A stretch of DNA of 63,253 bases, counting the filler, from Octopus bimaculoides (lineage: Eukaryota), in the NCBI RefSeq assembly GCF_001194135.2. It is 4 parts of 4 records of this genome, joined end to end, with 100 filler letters (N's around TTAATTAATTAA, not from the genome) between each part and the next. Parts side by side here need not be neighbours in the genome. Positions count along the whole stretch, not along the records: positions 24,317 to 51,378 come from NC_068995.1; positions 51,479 to 61,744 come from NC_068987.1; 2 more parts are not named here. One strand, 5' to 3'. The translations under genes and the position numbers were made by a program. Below, piece after piece: positions 38,805 through 52,421 of the stretch. The notes under the pieces are model-generated. The model worked only from the letters and a program-made list of their open reading frames with translations, had not been told where the DNA came from and made no database searches. The stretch's first letter is position 1; the number at the start of each line of letters is the position of its first letter.

Positions 38805-39095
38805 AGAAGTGGTTGTGTGGTAAGTAGCTTGCTTACCAACCACATGGCTCCGGGTTCGGTCCCACTGCGTAGCACCTTGGGCAAGTGTATTCTACGATAG
38901 CCTCGGGCCAACCAAAGCCTTGTGAGTGGATTTGTAAACGGAAACTGAATGAAGCCCGACGTATATGTGTGTATGTGTGTGTGTGTGTCTGTGTCTGTCT
39001 CCTACCATCGCTTGACAACCGATGTTGGTGTGTTAACGTCCCTGTAACTAGCGGTTCGGCAAAAGAGACCAACAGAATAAGTACTATTATACAGA
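38805..39095 (+). mobile_element. Family-A SINE
   Basis: gtggtaagtagcttgcttaccaaccacatggctccgggttcggtcccactgcgtagcaccttgggcaagtg... Confidence 0.9.
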
Positions 39096-39685
39096 CCTTG
39101 GGTTCCACGTTAACAACGACACCAACAACAGCCACAATAATCATATAACCACAACACCGACAACAACAACAACAACGTCCACAACAATCACAACAACAAA
39201 AACATCAACAGCAACAATGAAATTAACGATTACAATAATAATTTTTACGGTGAGGGGTGGAGAAGGGCATTAATTGATTACATTGACTCCATTGCTTCAC
39301 TGGAATTTTACTTTATCGATCTCCGAAAGAACACAAAGCAAAGACGACCTCGATGCGATCTGAACCCCCAAAATGTCAAGAACGAGAACTTATACAGACA
39401 CTCCATTAACGCTTCCACGAATTGGTCACCTTCAACAACAACAACAACAACTAAAGTTTATTATAACTTCCTTCTGGTTACCATAACAACAGAGACTGTT
39501 TTCTAATGTACCACCATAGTTTCATGTCTGCTTTGAAGCAGACAGCATTAAGAAGGGGGCCAAAGATTTGGGACCAGACACAGTTGGGGGATGACGGGGG
39601 AGTGTTCTATATCATGGTGACGACTTAATTGTCAGTGTATATTGCTATATATATATATAAACTGGCAATATGACCATCCCCAAGT

Positions 39686-39718
<33 letters not shown>

Positions 39719-40406
39719 AATGCATATATATACATACACACATATAAATATACATATATATACGCACATATACACATATATATACAGACACACACACGTA
39801 TATATGTGTACATATATATATATACGTGCGCGCGCGCGAATGTGTATGCGCGTGCTTGCGTGTGTACGTGCGTGTGTACGTGCGTGTGTGTGTATGTGTG
39901 TGATATATAACATTCCTTCCATATCTGATTTTTCACACTGCAAATTGGTTTTCTACTCATTCCATTGTCCTCTGTGTGTGTGTGTATGTGTGTGTGTGTG
40001 TGTGTGTGTGCGTGTGTGTGTGTGTGTAAAAGAGACTGTCTTGGTGTCTGGTTGCGTGAGTCAATGCAGGTGTATATGTGCGTGCGTGCGTATCGACACT
40101 GTTTCCTCTTTTGCAAGCGTTAAACTTAATACCTTATTCATTTTATTGTATTATTTCGATGGTATTTTTTAACTTTCAGTTCTTTAATTTTGTATTAAAC
40201 ACGCGCGCGCGCGCGCGCAAACATATATGTATGTATATATATATATATATTCATTTATGTATATATATACGTACATGCACAAACATATATATATATTATA
40301 TATCATATATATATATGCATATATATAGAGAGAGAGAACGAGAGAGAGACTGAGAGAGAGATGAATGCGTAAACAAGTAGATATATGGGTGGATAGATAG
40401 ATAAGT

Positions 40407-40438
<32 letters not shown>

Positions 40439-40443
40439 AGATC

Positions 40444-40511
<68 letters not shown>

Positions 40512-40907
40512 TGTTTACTCAATCATTGAATTTTGAGTAACGAATGAAAAGAGAGTGTTCAATGGAGGATGTAAGGTATATGGTTATTGAAAGTGGATGC
40601 TTATCTCGTAACCCGAGTTTCAGTATACAGCGATCATCAGGTGAGAACGCCTGAAGTTCACTCCGGTGTGAAAACAGAACTTGCGAGAAAAGAACAGATT
40701 TTTTGGCACGACATCAAGACACGGCGAACATGAGGATTACAAAGACATCCTGTCGAATTCGAAAAAATACCGGAGCGTGGGGTGAGGGTGGATCGAACTG
40801 GTTAATTCCGCCCCACCCCACCTCGAAATTGTTGGCCTTGCACAGAAATTAGAAACCATTAAAGTTGTTAGTATTATCATTATTATATTATTTTTGTGGT
40901 TGTTAGA

Positions 40908-40943
<36 letters not shown>

Positions 40944-41158
40944 GCAATTTGTTTTTCATGTTCTTTTGCGTTTACAGCCCTCACCCTGTACATTGTGTGT
41001 GTCTATGCATCATATACATACATATATACACTTACATATATAAATATATATATACATAATATATATATATGTATATGTATATAATATATATATACATATA
41101 CATATTTATATGTGTATGTATATATATATATATATATACATATACATATTTATATGTG

Positions 41159-41193
<35 letters not shown>

Positions 41194-41367
41194 NNNNNNN
41201 NNNNNNNNNNNNNNNNNNNNNNNNNNNNNNNNNNNNNNNNNNNNNNNNNATATATACACATATATACACACACACTTCAATAGTTTATAATAAAATTGTA
41301 GAACTAAACTATTGTGTACATATATGTATATACTATGTTTGGTGCCCATGGACAATAAAGAAAATGC

Positions 41368-41421
<54 letters not shown>

Positions 41422-41659
41422 TATTATTATTATTATTGGTTTATGCGGTTGAATGAAGCTGCCGTGTCATCATTCAGAGAAATGGGTCAAAGTGAAGTTA
41501 TAACTTTACAGTTTGTTACAGATAACATGTGTAGGAAACCGGTAGACAAAGATAAAGATTATGTAATCTGTGTATGTGTGCATGCATGTATGATGTCTGT
41601 TTATTTAACAGTCTATCAATATAGGAGTATACGTGTGCGGTGTGGTGTGATGTGGTGTG

Positions 41660-41741
<82 letters not shown>

Positions 41742-41853
41742 GTGTGTCTACGTAATGTTTACATTCGCCTGAACATACAGGGTTAGTTAAAATTTCTTTT
41801 GGTGTGTTCTGTACTACATTGCACCAATGAAATGTTAGCACATAGCACACCTG

Positions 41854-41917
<64 letters not shown>

Positions 41918-41959
41918 GAAACACATATACGTATATACGTGTGTGTGTGTGTGTGTGTG

Positions 41960-42200
41960 TTCTGGAATTTGGTCATTGCACGTCTTTCTAGGCCATAATT
42001 TCCACAAAGCTCCTAATGGACCAGTCTTGTTACATTTGTCATGTCGCCTTTTGTATTCGCGTTGTACCAATTTCGGGCATTCACTAACAATGCGCCTCAC
42101 CGTTTCACCCCTTTCACCACACATTCTCCATTTGTCAATCTCAGTTGTTTTATTAATTCTGCGCTTTACATAATTCGCCTTCAATGCTCGTTCTTGTGCC
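41960..42200 (-). mobile_element. R4/Dong-type LINE CCHC zinc-knuckle fragment
   Basis: AQERALKANYVKRRINKTTEIDKWRMCGERGETVRRIVSECPKLVQREYKRRHD matches the AQE..L.TN..K..I......CR.C....ET..HI...C..LA..EY..RHD motif. Confidence 0.8.
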
Positions 42201-42420
42201 ACGCTGCGCGGGCAGAACCGTTAGCGCGCCGGGCTAAATTACTTAGCGACATTTCGTCCGTCTTTACGTTTTGAGTTCAAATTCCGCCGAGATAGACTTT
42301 GCCTTTCAACCTTTAGGGGGTCGCTAAAATAAGGACCACTTGAGCACCAGGGTCGATGCAATCGACTTACCCACTCCACCAAAATTGCTGGCCTTGTGCC
42401 AAAATTTTTAAATTATTATA
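42200..42420 (+). mobile_element. Family-B SINE
   Basis: gcgggcagaaccgttagcgcgccgggctaaatt..ttgagttcaaattccgccgag..ggtcgatgcaatcgact..ggccttgtgccaaaatt. Confidence 0.85.
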
Positions 42421-42630
42421 TTTTTTTAAAACCTTTGTATGCTATGCATGTGTCCCTTTTTCTTTTATCATTTCATTATATGTAAATTCCCACATTTTAT
42501 GTTTGTCTTTGTATTGTCCCCAATAAATGAAATCATCATCATCATCATCATCATTATTATTATTATTATTATTATTATCATTATTATTATCATTATTATT
42601 ATTATATCCTTGTTCTGTTTCTCTCCACAG

Positions 42631-42734
42631 TCACCCTGAACGGTTCCCGCCCAGGCCAGACCTTACTAGGGATTATGATGGTTGTTGTCCCAAATGGTAC
42701 CCTGGAAGAATACAAGAGTCTGGGAAATTTTAAG
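42631..42734 (+). CDS. SPON1: F-spondin/spondin-1 reeler-domain exon (phase 1-0, 104 nt)
   Basis: Acceptor gtttctctccacag, donor AAG|gtaaat. Reads (V)TLNGSRPGQTLLGIMMVVVPNGTLEEYKSLGNFK, corresponding to the VTL....F.GF.L.A.......E..G.F segment of spondin-1. Confidence 0.8.
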
Positions 42735-43148
42735 GTAAATTTCCTTCGGTGTCACTCACCCTTAAATATTTCTTCACCACCCGTCTTATTGTACGTCACA
42801 CTATAATACTCAGGAACTAGTAATCAGTAGCATCTGTATAGGGCGTCTGGGAGATCCGAGTTCAATTCCTATCCTGTCATCATGGTTTTTCATGTTTATA
42901 GATAAAATATGTGCTAAAGGCGTAGGGATGACTTTATGGCTAAGACTTTCGCTTCGCATCCACGTGGTTCCGGGTTCAGTCCCACTGCACGGCACCCTGG
43001 GCGAGTGTCTTCTACTTTAGGCCAAGGCCAGCCGAAGCCTTGTGAGTGCAGATGGTAGACGGAAACTGTGAAGCCATCGTGTGGGCATGTGTGTGTGAGC
43101 ATGTGTGTGTACATGTGTGTGTGTATATGCGTGTGTGCACGTGTGTGC

Positions 43149-43179
<31 letters not shown>

Positions 43180-43254
43180 CATGTGCGTATGTGTCTCTGT
43201 GTGTGTATACATGTGTGTGCGCGTGTGTGCGTGTGTGTGTGTGTGTACGCGCGA

Positions 43255-43572
43255 ATGTGCGTGGCTTAGTGCTTAGAGTATTCGGCTTAGGATCGTCAGG
43301 TCATGGGTTCGATACCTGGTGGCAAGTTGTGTCCTTGAGCAAGACACTCTATTTCACATTACTCCAGTCCACTCAGCAGGCAAAAATGAGTTGTACCTGT
43401 AATTCAAAGGGGACCAGCCTTGTCACACACTCTGTGTCACACTGAATCTCCTTCAGAACTACGTTAAAGTACACGTGTCTATGGAGTGCTCAGCCACTTT
43501 CACGTTGATTTCACGACGAGACTGTTCCGGTGATCGGCTCAACTGGAACCCTTGTAGTCGTAACCGACGGGG
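43255..43572 (+). mobile_element. Family-C tRNA-headed SINE
   Basis: gtggcttagtgcttagag..gggttcgatacc..ccttgagcaagacact..gagtgctcagccactt..ggaacccttgtagtcgtaaccgacgg. Confidence 0.8.
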
Positions 43573-43620
43573 GGGGCCAGGTTTTTAATGTGTGTGTATG
43601 TGTGTGTGGATGGATAGATG

Positions 43621-43672
<52 letters not shown>

Positions 43673-43675
43673 TAC

Positions 43676-43706
<31 letters not shown>

Positions 43707-44675
43707 CTGACAGACAGATAGACACACACACAGACACACAGACAGATGTAGCAGTCAAATCTCTTTCAAATCTCTTCCTCGATACCACCATAGTGTCGCC
43801 CTAGACATAACCATACAAAGCTGGGATGGTCACGGCAGGAGTGCCATGGGTCATAGATCCACTCAGTTGGGTTGAAGTCGGGTTAAAGAACAACAACAAC
43901 ATCAACATGTACGAAAGAGCACCTCTGTGGTCGCTCGACCTGCTAAAAATAGCAGCAATATCTCCTTCGAATTATGAGATTAATTGAAACCTTCCAGCAA
44001 TTAACAAACTTAGGTGTGGTCCTGACCTTCCTGCGTATAGGAAACGACGAGGTGGTCACGGTTGGAATAACATTAATCATAGGTATTTTCAAATAGGGCG
44101 GAGCTGGGACTAAACAACAGTGATATCACATGCGCACACACACGCCCACACGCACACATACACGTAATCTCCGTGCACACATCTTAAAGACACACACATG
44201 CACACACATGCACTCAGAAGGACATACACACGCACACACACTAACACACGCATACGCACACATACATATAGGTACAGACATGCTCACTTCCTCACAAACA
44301 CAGACAGACACACACAAGCTTGTATATATAGAGGCACATACGCACACACACACACACTGACACTCTAACAAACACACACAGGTACACTCATACACGCATA
44401 AATATACGTACAGCCGTGCATACACCCTCACAAGCAGGCAGAAACACACACACATTTATATACACAAAGGCGCGCACACACACACACACACACATTTATA
44501 TACACAAAGGCGCGCGCGCACACACACACACACACACACATACAACCACTACGCACTTACATGGACATACACGCATAAATATATTTACATCCGTGTACAC
44601 ATCCTCACAAATACACAGACACTTATATTCACAAAGGCACACACACACGTCTACACACGCACGCATGCGCGCACG

Positions 44676-44713
<38 letters not shown>

Positions 44714-46470
44714 TATGCCGCTAGACGGGACGGGTGAAGGACCGTAGAGTTCTCTGCCCACCCTCGCTTAATTACGGGGTACATGCTTTATCTGTTTTAA
44801 AGACAAACATCTTGGGTGACTTTTTACAACAGCAGCATTTTATTATTTTACACACACACACACGCACACACACACAGGGATAAAGTTAACTGTGCTAATT
44901 ATGATTATCAAAATGAAATATAATTATTTCCTTGAAAAAATTAATTTAGAAAGGAATAAAGCCAAAAATCAAGTCGTTTATTTTCGCAAGTGCTACAGCC
45001 GAGATATTAAACAGACCCCCAAGGGGTATGTTTAAGTAACTAATCTTTGACCCCTTCTTCTGACCTGATTAAGGCTGGTAGTTTACTGAAGCTCCCTAAG
45101 GAAAACAATGGTACCCTGTTTATTGTCAAAACTATTGCACCACAAGTGTTAATCTCTGTTTTACATGGAGGTTACCATCACCAAGTGTATGTCAGCTGAT
45201 TTCTGACGTGAATGCAAGACCACACTGGTTGGGGTAGAAAGGAGACGGGTATTGGTTGATTATATCGCCTCCAGTTCGTGACTGGTACTTGAATTTTATC
45301 TATCCGAGAAATATGAAGAGTGAAGTCGACCTGAGCGGGATTTGAACTCAGAACGTAAAGAGATGTAATTAAATCTCGTATGATACTTTGCCTGCAGCTC
45401 TAGCAATTCTGACCCATTGACCGTTTGATCCCGTGACCTCCTAACACATGTTAGTCTCAGTATGTGGCTTTTTGTCAGAAGTTGTCAACGTCTTTGTTAC
45501 TTTCAAGTCCATACTAAGACGTAAATAATTACTATCATAATACATGTCACAATATTTGTCATAGTAGTTAATACATGTCACAGTTCCTTACATCACTCAC
45601 TGTATCTCACATCGTAGTGAAGGAGCCGTCGCCCCGTGAGAAATGGCAACCAAATATCACTCCAGTCTAAGAAAGAGTGCATTAGAGTGCGTAGTCCTAA
45701 TACTAAAAACAAATAACTTTAAGAGAAACCTGAAGAAGGCATAATACAGCCTTTTCTAAATATTTTTGGTACCTGTTTAAGTGCTTTTAGAATACGTTGG
45801 CCAATTCTGGGTTTACATTACTTTATACACAAGATGAGTTTAGTTGCAAAATGCGATAAACTGCTCTGCTTAAATGAAAAACAAACAATTTTGTTCCAAG
45901 ACAAGAATAAACTGAGGAATTCGAATTTGTCCATCTTTGCTGGCAGTCAGGGAAATTCCTGCTCCTAAATTTTCGTATTATCAAACAAATAATGTATAAT
46001 TACAAGCAACATGAAACGAAAATAACATTATTTCTTAATTTCGAAGATCCCAGACGTTACAAATTTCCTAACTTTTTTTATGAGTCGCCTCCTCTGAAAT
46101 CTTTTACAATTTTTACGAATGCATTTATTTCAATTTAAATATTACTTTGTATAAACCATATTTACAACGCTATTTTTTTTTATCATTTTGACTATGTACG
46201 TACAAAGTGTTATTTTCACCTGGCAAACAATATATAGCCATTATATTTTATCCAATCGATCTTTCCGTTATTTGCCATTAGCCAATCAATACTTACCACA
46301 CAAGTCAACGCTTGTAAACTTTTTAAATGTTAAATTCCACGTTTCGTTGTTTTTTTGTTGTTTTTTATAACCGTCTGAAAATTCAGCTTCCAATACATTA
46401 TCTTACTCTACTTGTATCGAATACTCATTCACTCTCACTCTATCTATCTCTTTCTTTGCCTTTCTCTCTA

Positions 46471-46502
<32 letters not shown>

Positions 46503-46521
46503 CCTCTCTCTCTCTTTCTCA

Positions 46522-46587
<66 letters not shown>

Positions 46588-46860
46588 TTCTATCTATTTC
46601 TGTCTACCTATCTCTATCTCTTTCTCTTCTTTTTGCTTATACTTACGTGTATGCATTTATTTATTTATTTATTTATTTATGTCTGTGTATATGCGTTGGT
46701 GTTTGTGTGAGTGTAAGTAAACATGAGAGCATTCGTGTGCATTCGTGCGTGTGTGTACATGTGTGAGCGTGCGTGTGTGTGTAAGTGAGACCACATCACT
46801 CCTGCACCAGGTGAACCTAGCGCCATTAATTAACACACCCTTCTTTTTTACTAATTACAG

Positions 46861-47000
46861 TTGAAAAACAATGAAGATCTTCTACAGATTGCCAGACAGT
46901 GTAACCACACAGTTCTCATTCATAGATTCCTGCTACCCAAGAAGGGTATTTCGGTCATATGGAAGGCACCAGAACGTGGCTCCGGTTGCGTACAATTCAG
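46861..47000 (+). CDS. SPON1: F-spondin/spondin-1 reeler-domain exon (phase 0-2, 140 nt)
   Basis: Acceptor ttctttttactaattacag, donor CAG|gtgaaa. Reads LKNNEDLLQIARQCNHTVLIHRFLLPKKGISVIWKAPERGSGCVQF(R), with the diagnostic W.AP..G.GCV.F reeler motif. Splices in frame with 42631-42734. Confidence 0.88.
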
Positions 47001-47039
47001 GTGAAATACACTTTCTTCTTCTTCTTCTTCTTCTTCTTC

Positions 47040-47076
<37 letters not shown>

Positions 47077-47799
47077 CATTTTCTAATTTTCTGAGCAAGG
47101 ATGCACAGCTTTTTGTCACGTATTGCGTCCATTTCTTCTTCAGTGCTACTCATGATAGTGTTATAGTCGATATTGCTGCTGCTGTTGATGATAATGATGA
47201 TGATGAAGGTGGTGGTGGTGGTGGTGGTGGTATTATTGTTATTGCTGGTAGTTGTAGTGGTAACAGAGTGTAGTAGTGTGGTGCTGGTGCTGCTGCTTGT
47301 GGTAACAGAGTGTAGTAGTGTGGTGCTGGTGCTGCTGCTGTTGTTGACATTGGTGGTTGTATTGCTTGTGGTGTCGGTGGTGTTGGTGGTAGTAGAGTGG
47401 TCTTAGTAGCATTTGTGTTGTCGTTCTTGGCAACGGTGGTGGCGCCACTGTTCCTTCCATCATAATGGTATCACTGTGATCGTGTCGCTCTTCATACAAT
47501 TCACTCTGTTTCTTTCCCCTTTAAATTAATATTCTAAAACTTAATTCTTTTCATGTTATCCACTTTACAAACACAAATGTCTAAACTTGACAACATAATT
47601 ACTAAACTTCGTCAGTTTTGTTTTGTGTTGTTTTGTCTTTGTTTTTGTTTACATAAAAAAAATCTTTTTTTTTTTACATTTATATTTGGTAACAACTTGG
47701 GTGGAGCCCATTCGTTTACACTGCGGATGCTCTTGCTGTCCTGATTGCGGTGAACATTTCGTCCCGTTACATCATAGGTGGTCATCCGACATGCAATAC

Positions 47800-48220
47800 G
47801 TATATATATTTATTTCTTTGTTGCCCGCAGGGGGCTAAACATAGAGGGGACAAACAAGAACAGAGAAAGGGATTAAGTCGATAACATCGACCCCAGTGCG
47901 TAACTGGTACTTATTTAATCGACTCCGAAAGGATGAAAAGCAAAGTCGACCTCGGCAGAATTTGAACTCGGAACGTAACGACAGACGAAATTTATTCAAG
48001 GCATTGCGCCTGTATGGCCGCAGTCTAATGACTGAAACAAGTAAAAGATCATTCTAGTAATGAAATAATTACTATGAAGCATTGTGTAGAATATATTGTA
48101 TAAAGATCGTGGGTAAGGCCAAGTCGACCTCAGCAGAATTTGAACTCAGAACGTAAAGACGGACAAAATGCCGCGAAGCATTTTGCCTGGCGTGCTAACG
48201 ATTCTACCAGCGCATCATCC
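47800..48220 (-). mobile_element. Cluster of family-B SINE copies/fragments
   Basis: aaagtcgacctcggcagaatttgaactc.. at 47940-47990 and again at 48120-48210. Confidence 0.8.
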
Positions 48221-48283
48221 TAATAATGAAGTTGTCAACCAGTTTGATTAAACATAACAAGACTTAATGCACACCTATCTTTT

Positions 48284-48361
<78 letters not shown>

Positions 48362-51300
48362 CCAACTTCTCGTTACAACACCAACACATCTCTTACAATA
48401 CGAAACTTTATTTGCACTCATTTGCTCCACATTCCACCCTTATCCCCTCTTCTTTTCCTTCCCCAACTTAATCTGTTCTTACCCTTATTATTCAGCCTCG
48501 TCTTTCCTTTACCAATATAACCACCCTCAATAAGACGCACGCAGACACACGCACACACTCACACATACGCACACGCACACACACAAAGGCAGACAGACAA
48601 AATACCTGGCAGACATTTTGATGGTTGTCTTCACCACTTTTACTCGTTAACATCGACACTCCACGAATTCCTGGTTTCTTGCAGACATTTGGTAATGTTT
48701 CAATTAGAACTACTTTTGTCTTGATTATCTGCTTCGCTTCTACACAATCTAATCTTTTATAAATACTTGGTCTTTGATGCTACTCAACCCAACTTCATTA
48801 TTTTCTTTTGCTTCAATATATTTATTAAAAGAACTCCAAGACATCCACCTGGCATCAGGGAGCAGTTTTATCTTTAGTTTTGCGTTGTTGTTTTCTCGAA
48901 GCTTCTTTTTTTCCTTTTTATGTTTGTCTTCATCTTACTTTTTCTTTCTCTTTCCCGTTCCTTCTTGGTATTAATCAAACATGCTCTTGGAAGCAAATAG
49001 AATCTCGGGGGTTTATCAAAGATTTCTTTTGTTCTAAATTCCATCAGCGTCGCTTTACAATTTTAGAAATTGGTTCTATGCAGGATTTCGACTGGGAACT
49101 TTTTTTTTCGTTTCATCTGTTTTTGTTTTTGTTTTTGACTTCTGAAAGATAAGAGACAGACAGAGATTATGTCGAAGGTGGCTTTATGGAATTCTCATTA
49201 ATAAGCATACACTATTTCTATCTCCTTTTAATAAGAATATTTTTGCCATCAATCTCAGTAAAACCATTTATAAACCCCAAAACCATGTCAGCAGTTTTTT
49301 TTTCTTTCCTTTCCATTTTATTTTTTTAGGGAGTTGGAACAAGAAGGGGGTTGTTCTCGGCAACTTATTAACACATCAGCTCATGCATGAAACGCACTCC
49401 TGGGCCAGAGGTAAAATGTCTCGAAGGCCAATTCTACAAATTAAGTTCAAATCCCGGTGGAAACCATTTCACTTCACTGACGCTCCTGTTAGTCTTTGAA
49501 ACGTGCCAAACCGCACAAATTCTATTCGTATTCAACCTTCTGCTATAAATTCATAAATCAGAGCCCTTCGAATAAATTAATCTTTCGTGACATTTTCAGT
49601 CATTTCATTACCAAATCTCTTTTTCTCCATAAAATAACATTCTACCGTGATTTATTATTTTTGTTGATTTTTTGTTGCTTTTTGTTTTTGCTGTTCAAGT
49701 TTGAAGAAGTTCTTTTGAACATACAACTAAATAAACCCCAAATTCTATAAAGGGTTCCATATTCATTACAAAATTCCACGTTGCCATACAGAGTTACGTA
49801 ACAGATTCGGTTGTGAAAGCCTGAAGAGCTAGGTTCGCTTAACAAGACCACAAGACTTACGGCGCCGAATCATATATATATATATATATANNNNNNNNNN
49901 NNNNNNNNNNNNNNNNNNNNNNNNNNNNNNNNNNNNNNNNNNNNNNNNNNNNNNNNNNNNNNNNNNNNNNNNNNNNNNNNNNNNNNNNNNNNNNNNNNNN
50001 NNNNNNNNNNNNNNNNNNNNNNNNNNNNNNNNNNNNNNNNNNNNNNNNNNNNNNNNNNNNNNNNNNNNNNNNNNNNNNNNNNNNNNNNNNNNNNNNNNNN
50101 NNNNNNNNNNNNNNNNNNNNNNNNNNNNNNNNNNNNNNNNNNNNNNNNNNNNNNNNNNNNNNNNNNNNNNNNNNNNNNNNNNNNNNNNNNNNNNNNNNNN
50201 NNNNNNNNNNNNNNNNNNNNNNNNNNNNNNNNNNNNNNNNNNNNNNNNNNNNNNNNNNNNNNNNNNNNNNNNNNNNNNNNNNNNNNNNNNNNNNNNNNNN
50301 NNNNNNNNNNNNNNNNNNNNNNNNNNNNNNNNNNNNNNNNNNNNNNNNNNNNNNNNNNNNNNNNNNNNNNNNNNNNNNNNNNNNNNNNNNNNNNNNNNNN
50401 NNNNNNNNNNNNNNNNNNNNNNNNNNNNNNNNNNNNNNNNNNNNNNNNNNNNNNNNNNNNNNNNNNNNNNNNNNNNNNNNNNNNNNNNNNNNNNNNNNNN
50501 NNNNNTATATATATATATATATATATATGGGCGCTGTCAAATGACTGAAACAATTTTGCCACTGAATTCCGAATTGAGTGAATACATGCCGAAGTGTATA
50601 GAATCAAACAAACCATTCCAACATCCTGACGACGATGAGGAGGAGGAGGAGGAGGAAGAAGAAGAAGAAGAAGAGAGGAGGAGGAGGTGATTGTTGTTGG
50701 TGAAACTAAGAATAATGATGAAGATGGTGGTGACGGTGATAGAGATGGGGACAACGACGACGATGACGATGGCGGCGACGAGGAGACCAGCGACAAACGA
50801 TGTGTATGGGAAATGGACGTGGGCGAGGAAGGAAGGGTCGCATCTGTGTACATTGAGAAACCTTCTGAAACCACTTCAAAGTCCCACATAAAAAAAGAAG
50901 GTCACACGAGAAAACGTGAGACGACTTCGGCAGGCAACAGTCAAGGAGAAAACCAGTAAAACATTCCTTTAGAATCTGAAGAATGCCAGTTCAATCCCCA
51001 CCTGTTCTCGATGCTTTGTTGCTATTCCAGTCTGAATGTTTATGAGTGTTCACAGCTAAATATATACTGGTGTATACATTATGGAGAGATGTACAACAAA
51101 CACACGCACGTATGTGTGTATGTATGTATGTATGTATGTATGTATGTATGTACGTATACATGTACGTATACATGTATTATGTACGTACATGTATGTATGC
51201 ATGTATGTATGTACGTACATGTATGTATGTATATACGTACATATATATATAAATATATATATATACGTACAAGACACATATGTATATATATGTGTGTATT

Positions 51301-51378
51301 TATAAATGTCAATATATATGTATCTATCTGTGTGAATATTCATGTTTATATATATATATACATACATATATATATATA

Positions 51379-51478
51379 NNNNNNNNNNNNNNNNNNNNNN
51401 NNNNNNNNNNNNNNNNNNNNNNTTAATTAATTAANNNNNNNNNNNNNNNNNNNNNNNNNNNNNNNNNNNNNNNNNNNN
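51379..51478. other. Artificial scaffold join: N44-TTAATTAATTAA-N44
   Basis: Same 100-bp block as 24217-24316. Confidence 0.95.
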
Positions 51479-51859
51479 GAAATTGTTACAAACACACATA
51501 TGGACGCACATACTTACATATAAGCACGAACACATAAGTGCATGCACACATATGAGCGTGCACACATACGAGCTTGCACACACTCACATGCTCATACCAA
51601 ATAGTTTCGAAACAACGCCAAAACAACGCCAGATCATATATTCAAAATAAATGGAAGTGGAGAGACAAGTTACTGAAGAGATTGCAAGAGTGCAATGAAA
51701 TAATTTAACAAAAAACTATATAAATTAGTAAAGGACTGAACCAGTGCGTGTGTTTATTACCGGCATAATGCCTCTCCTAAGGTTTAATTGTATTTTATTA
51801 TTATCATTATTATTATACTTGGGTTTTGTTGGAACTCTTGGAGTCTTGCATGCATAATG

Positions 51860-52345
51860 AGCTTACTATCTGCAGGCTATGGTACCATGCTATCTGTTTA
51901 TTCAAGTATCTAACACTTTCCTGATGATTCTGGCTGTGCCAAAGAAGCAAACCTTTTGTAACAGTTTTACTGGGCACTCTATTTCAATTTTCTTTATATT
52001 CCTCTTGATGCCTTCTGATACTGTTCCCAGGGATCCAACAATAATTTGTACTATTTTCACCTCCTTCACTTGCCATAAATGAGTCTTCTCACATTTAAGA
52101 GAATTGTATATGTCTGCTTTTTGCTTTCTTGACTATTTGTAGGTCAAAGGGGCACACAACATCAATTATAGAGCATATATGGTTCACTTTGTCCACCACC
52201 ACCACTAAGTCCAGCTTGTTGTGCTCAAGCACCTAGTCTGTTTGGATTGGGAAATCCCTCAGGATTTTGCAGGTCTTTGTCTCCACCACTCTCTGTGGTC
52301 TGTGCTCACACCATGTCTTGCTTCTCTCTAAACCCCACTTTTCAC
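51860..52345 (-). mobile_element. R4/Dong-type LINE RLE domain and ORF end, degenerate
   Basis: The minus strand reads W.EHRPQRVVETKTCKILRDFPIQTD.VLEHNK.D..VVDK..IIDVVCPFD and EVKIVQIIVGSLGTVS...LLQKVCFFGTARIIRKVLDT-stop. Confidence 0.8.
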
Positions 52346-52421
52346 AAAGTTTCCAGTATAGAATTTTCACTCCCCCTTTTTATTATTATTAATATTATTA
52401 TATTCTTCAACATATACGTTA

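Noticed and set aside
43255-43325. tRNA gene
   Set aside because: A/B-box-like head without a complete cloverleaf, continuing into a SINE body; the same holds for all other tRNA-like heads in the window.
47255-47345. 41-bp direct repeat, and similar duplications at 15230-15484 and 44430-44520, as CRISPR-like arrays
   Set aside because: Two adjacent units without unique spacers in eukaryotic low-complexity DNA; these are ordinary slippage duplications.
50687-50959. Acidic 90-aa ORF (DDDDDGGDEE..)
   Set aside because: Built on GAG/GAT/GAC trinucleotide repeats, with no convincing splice sites or domain.
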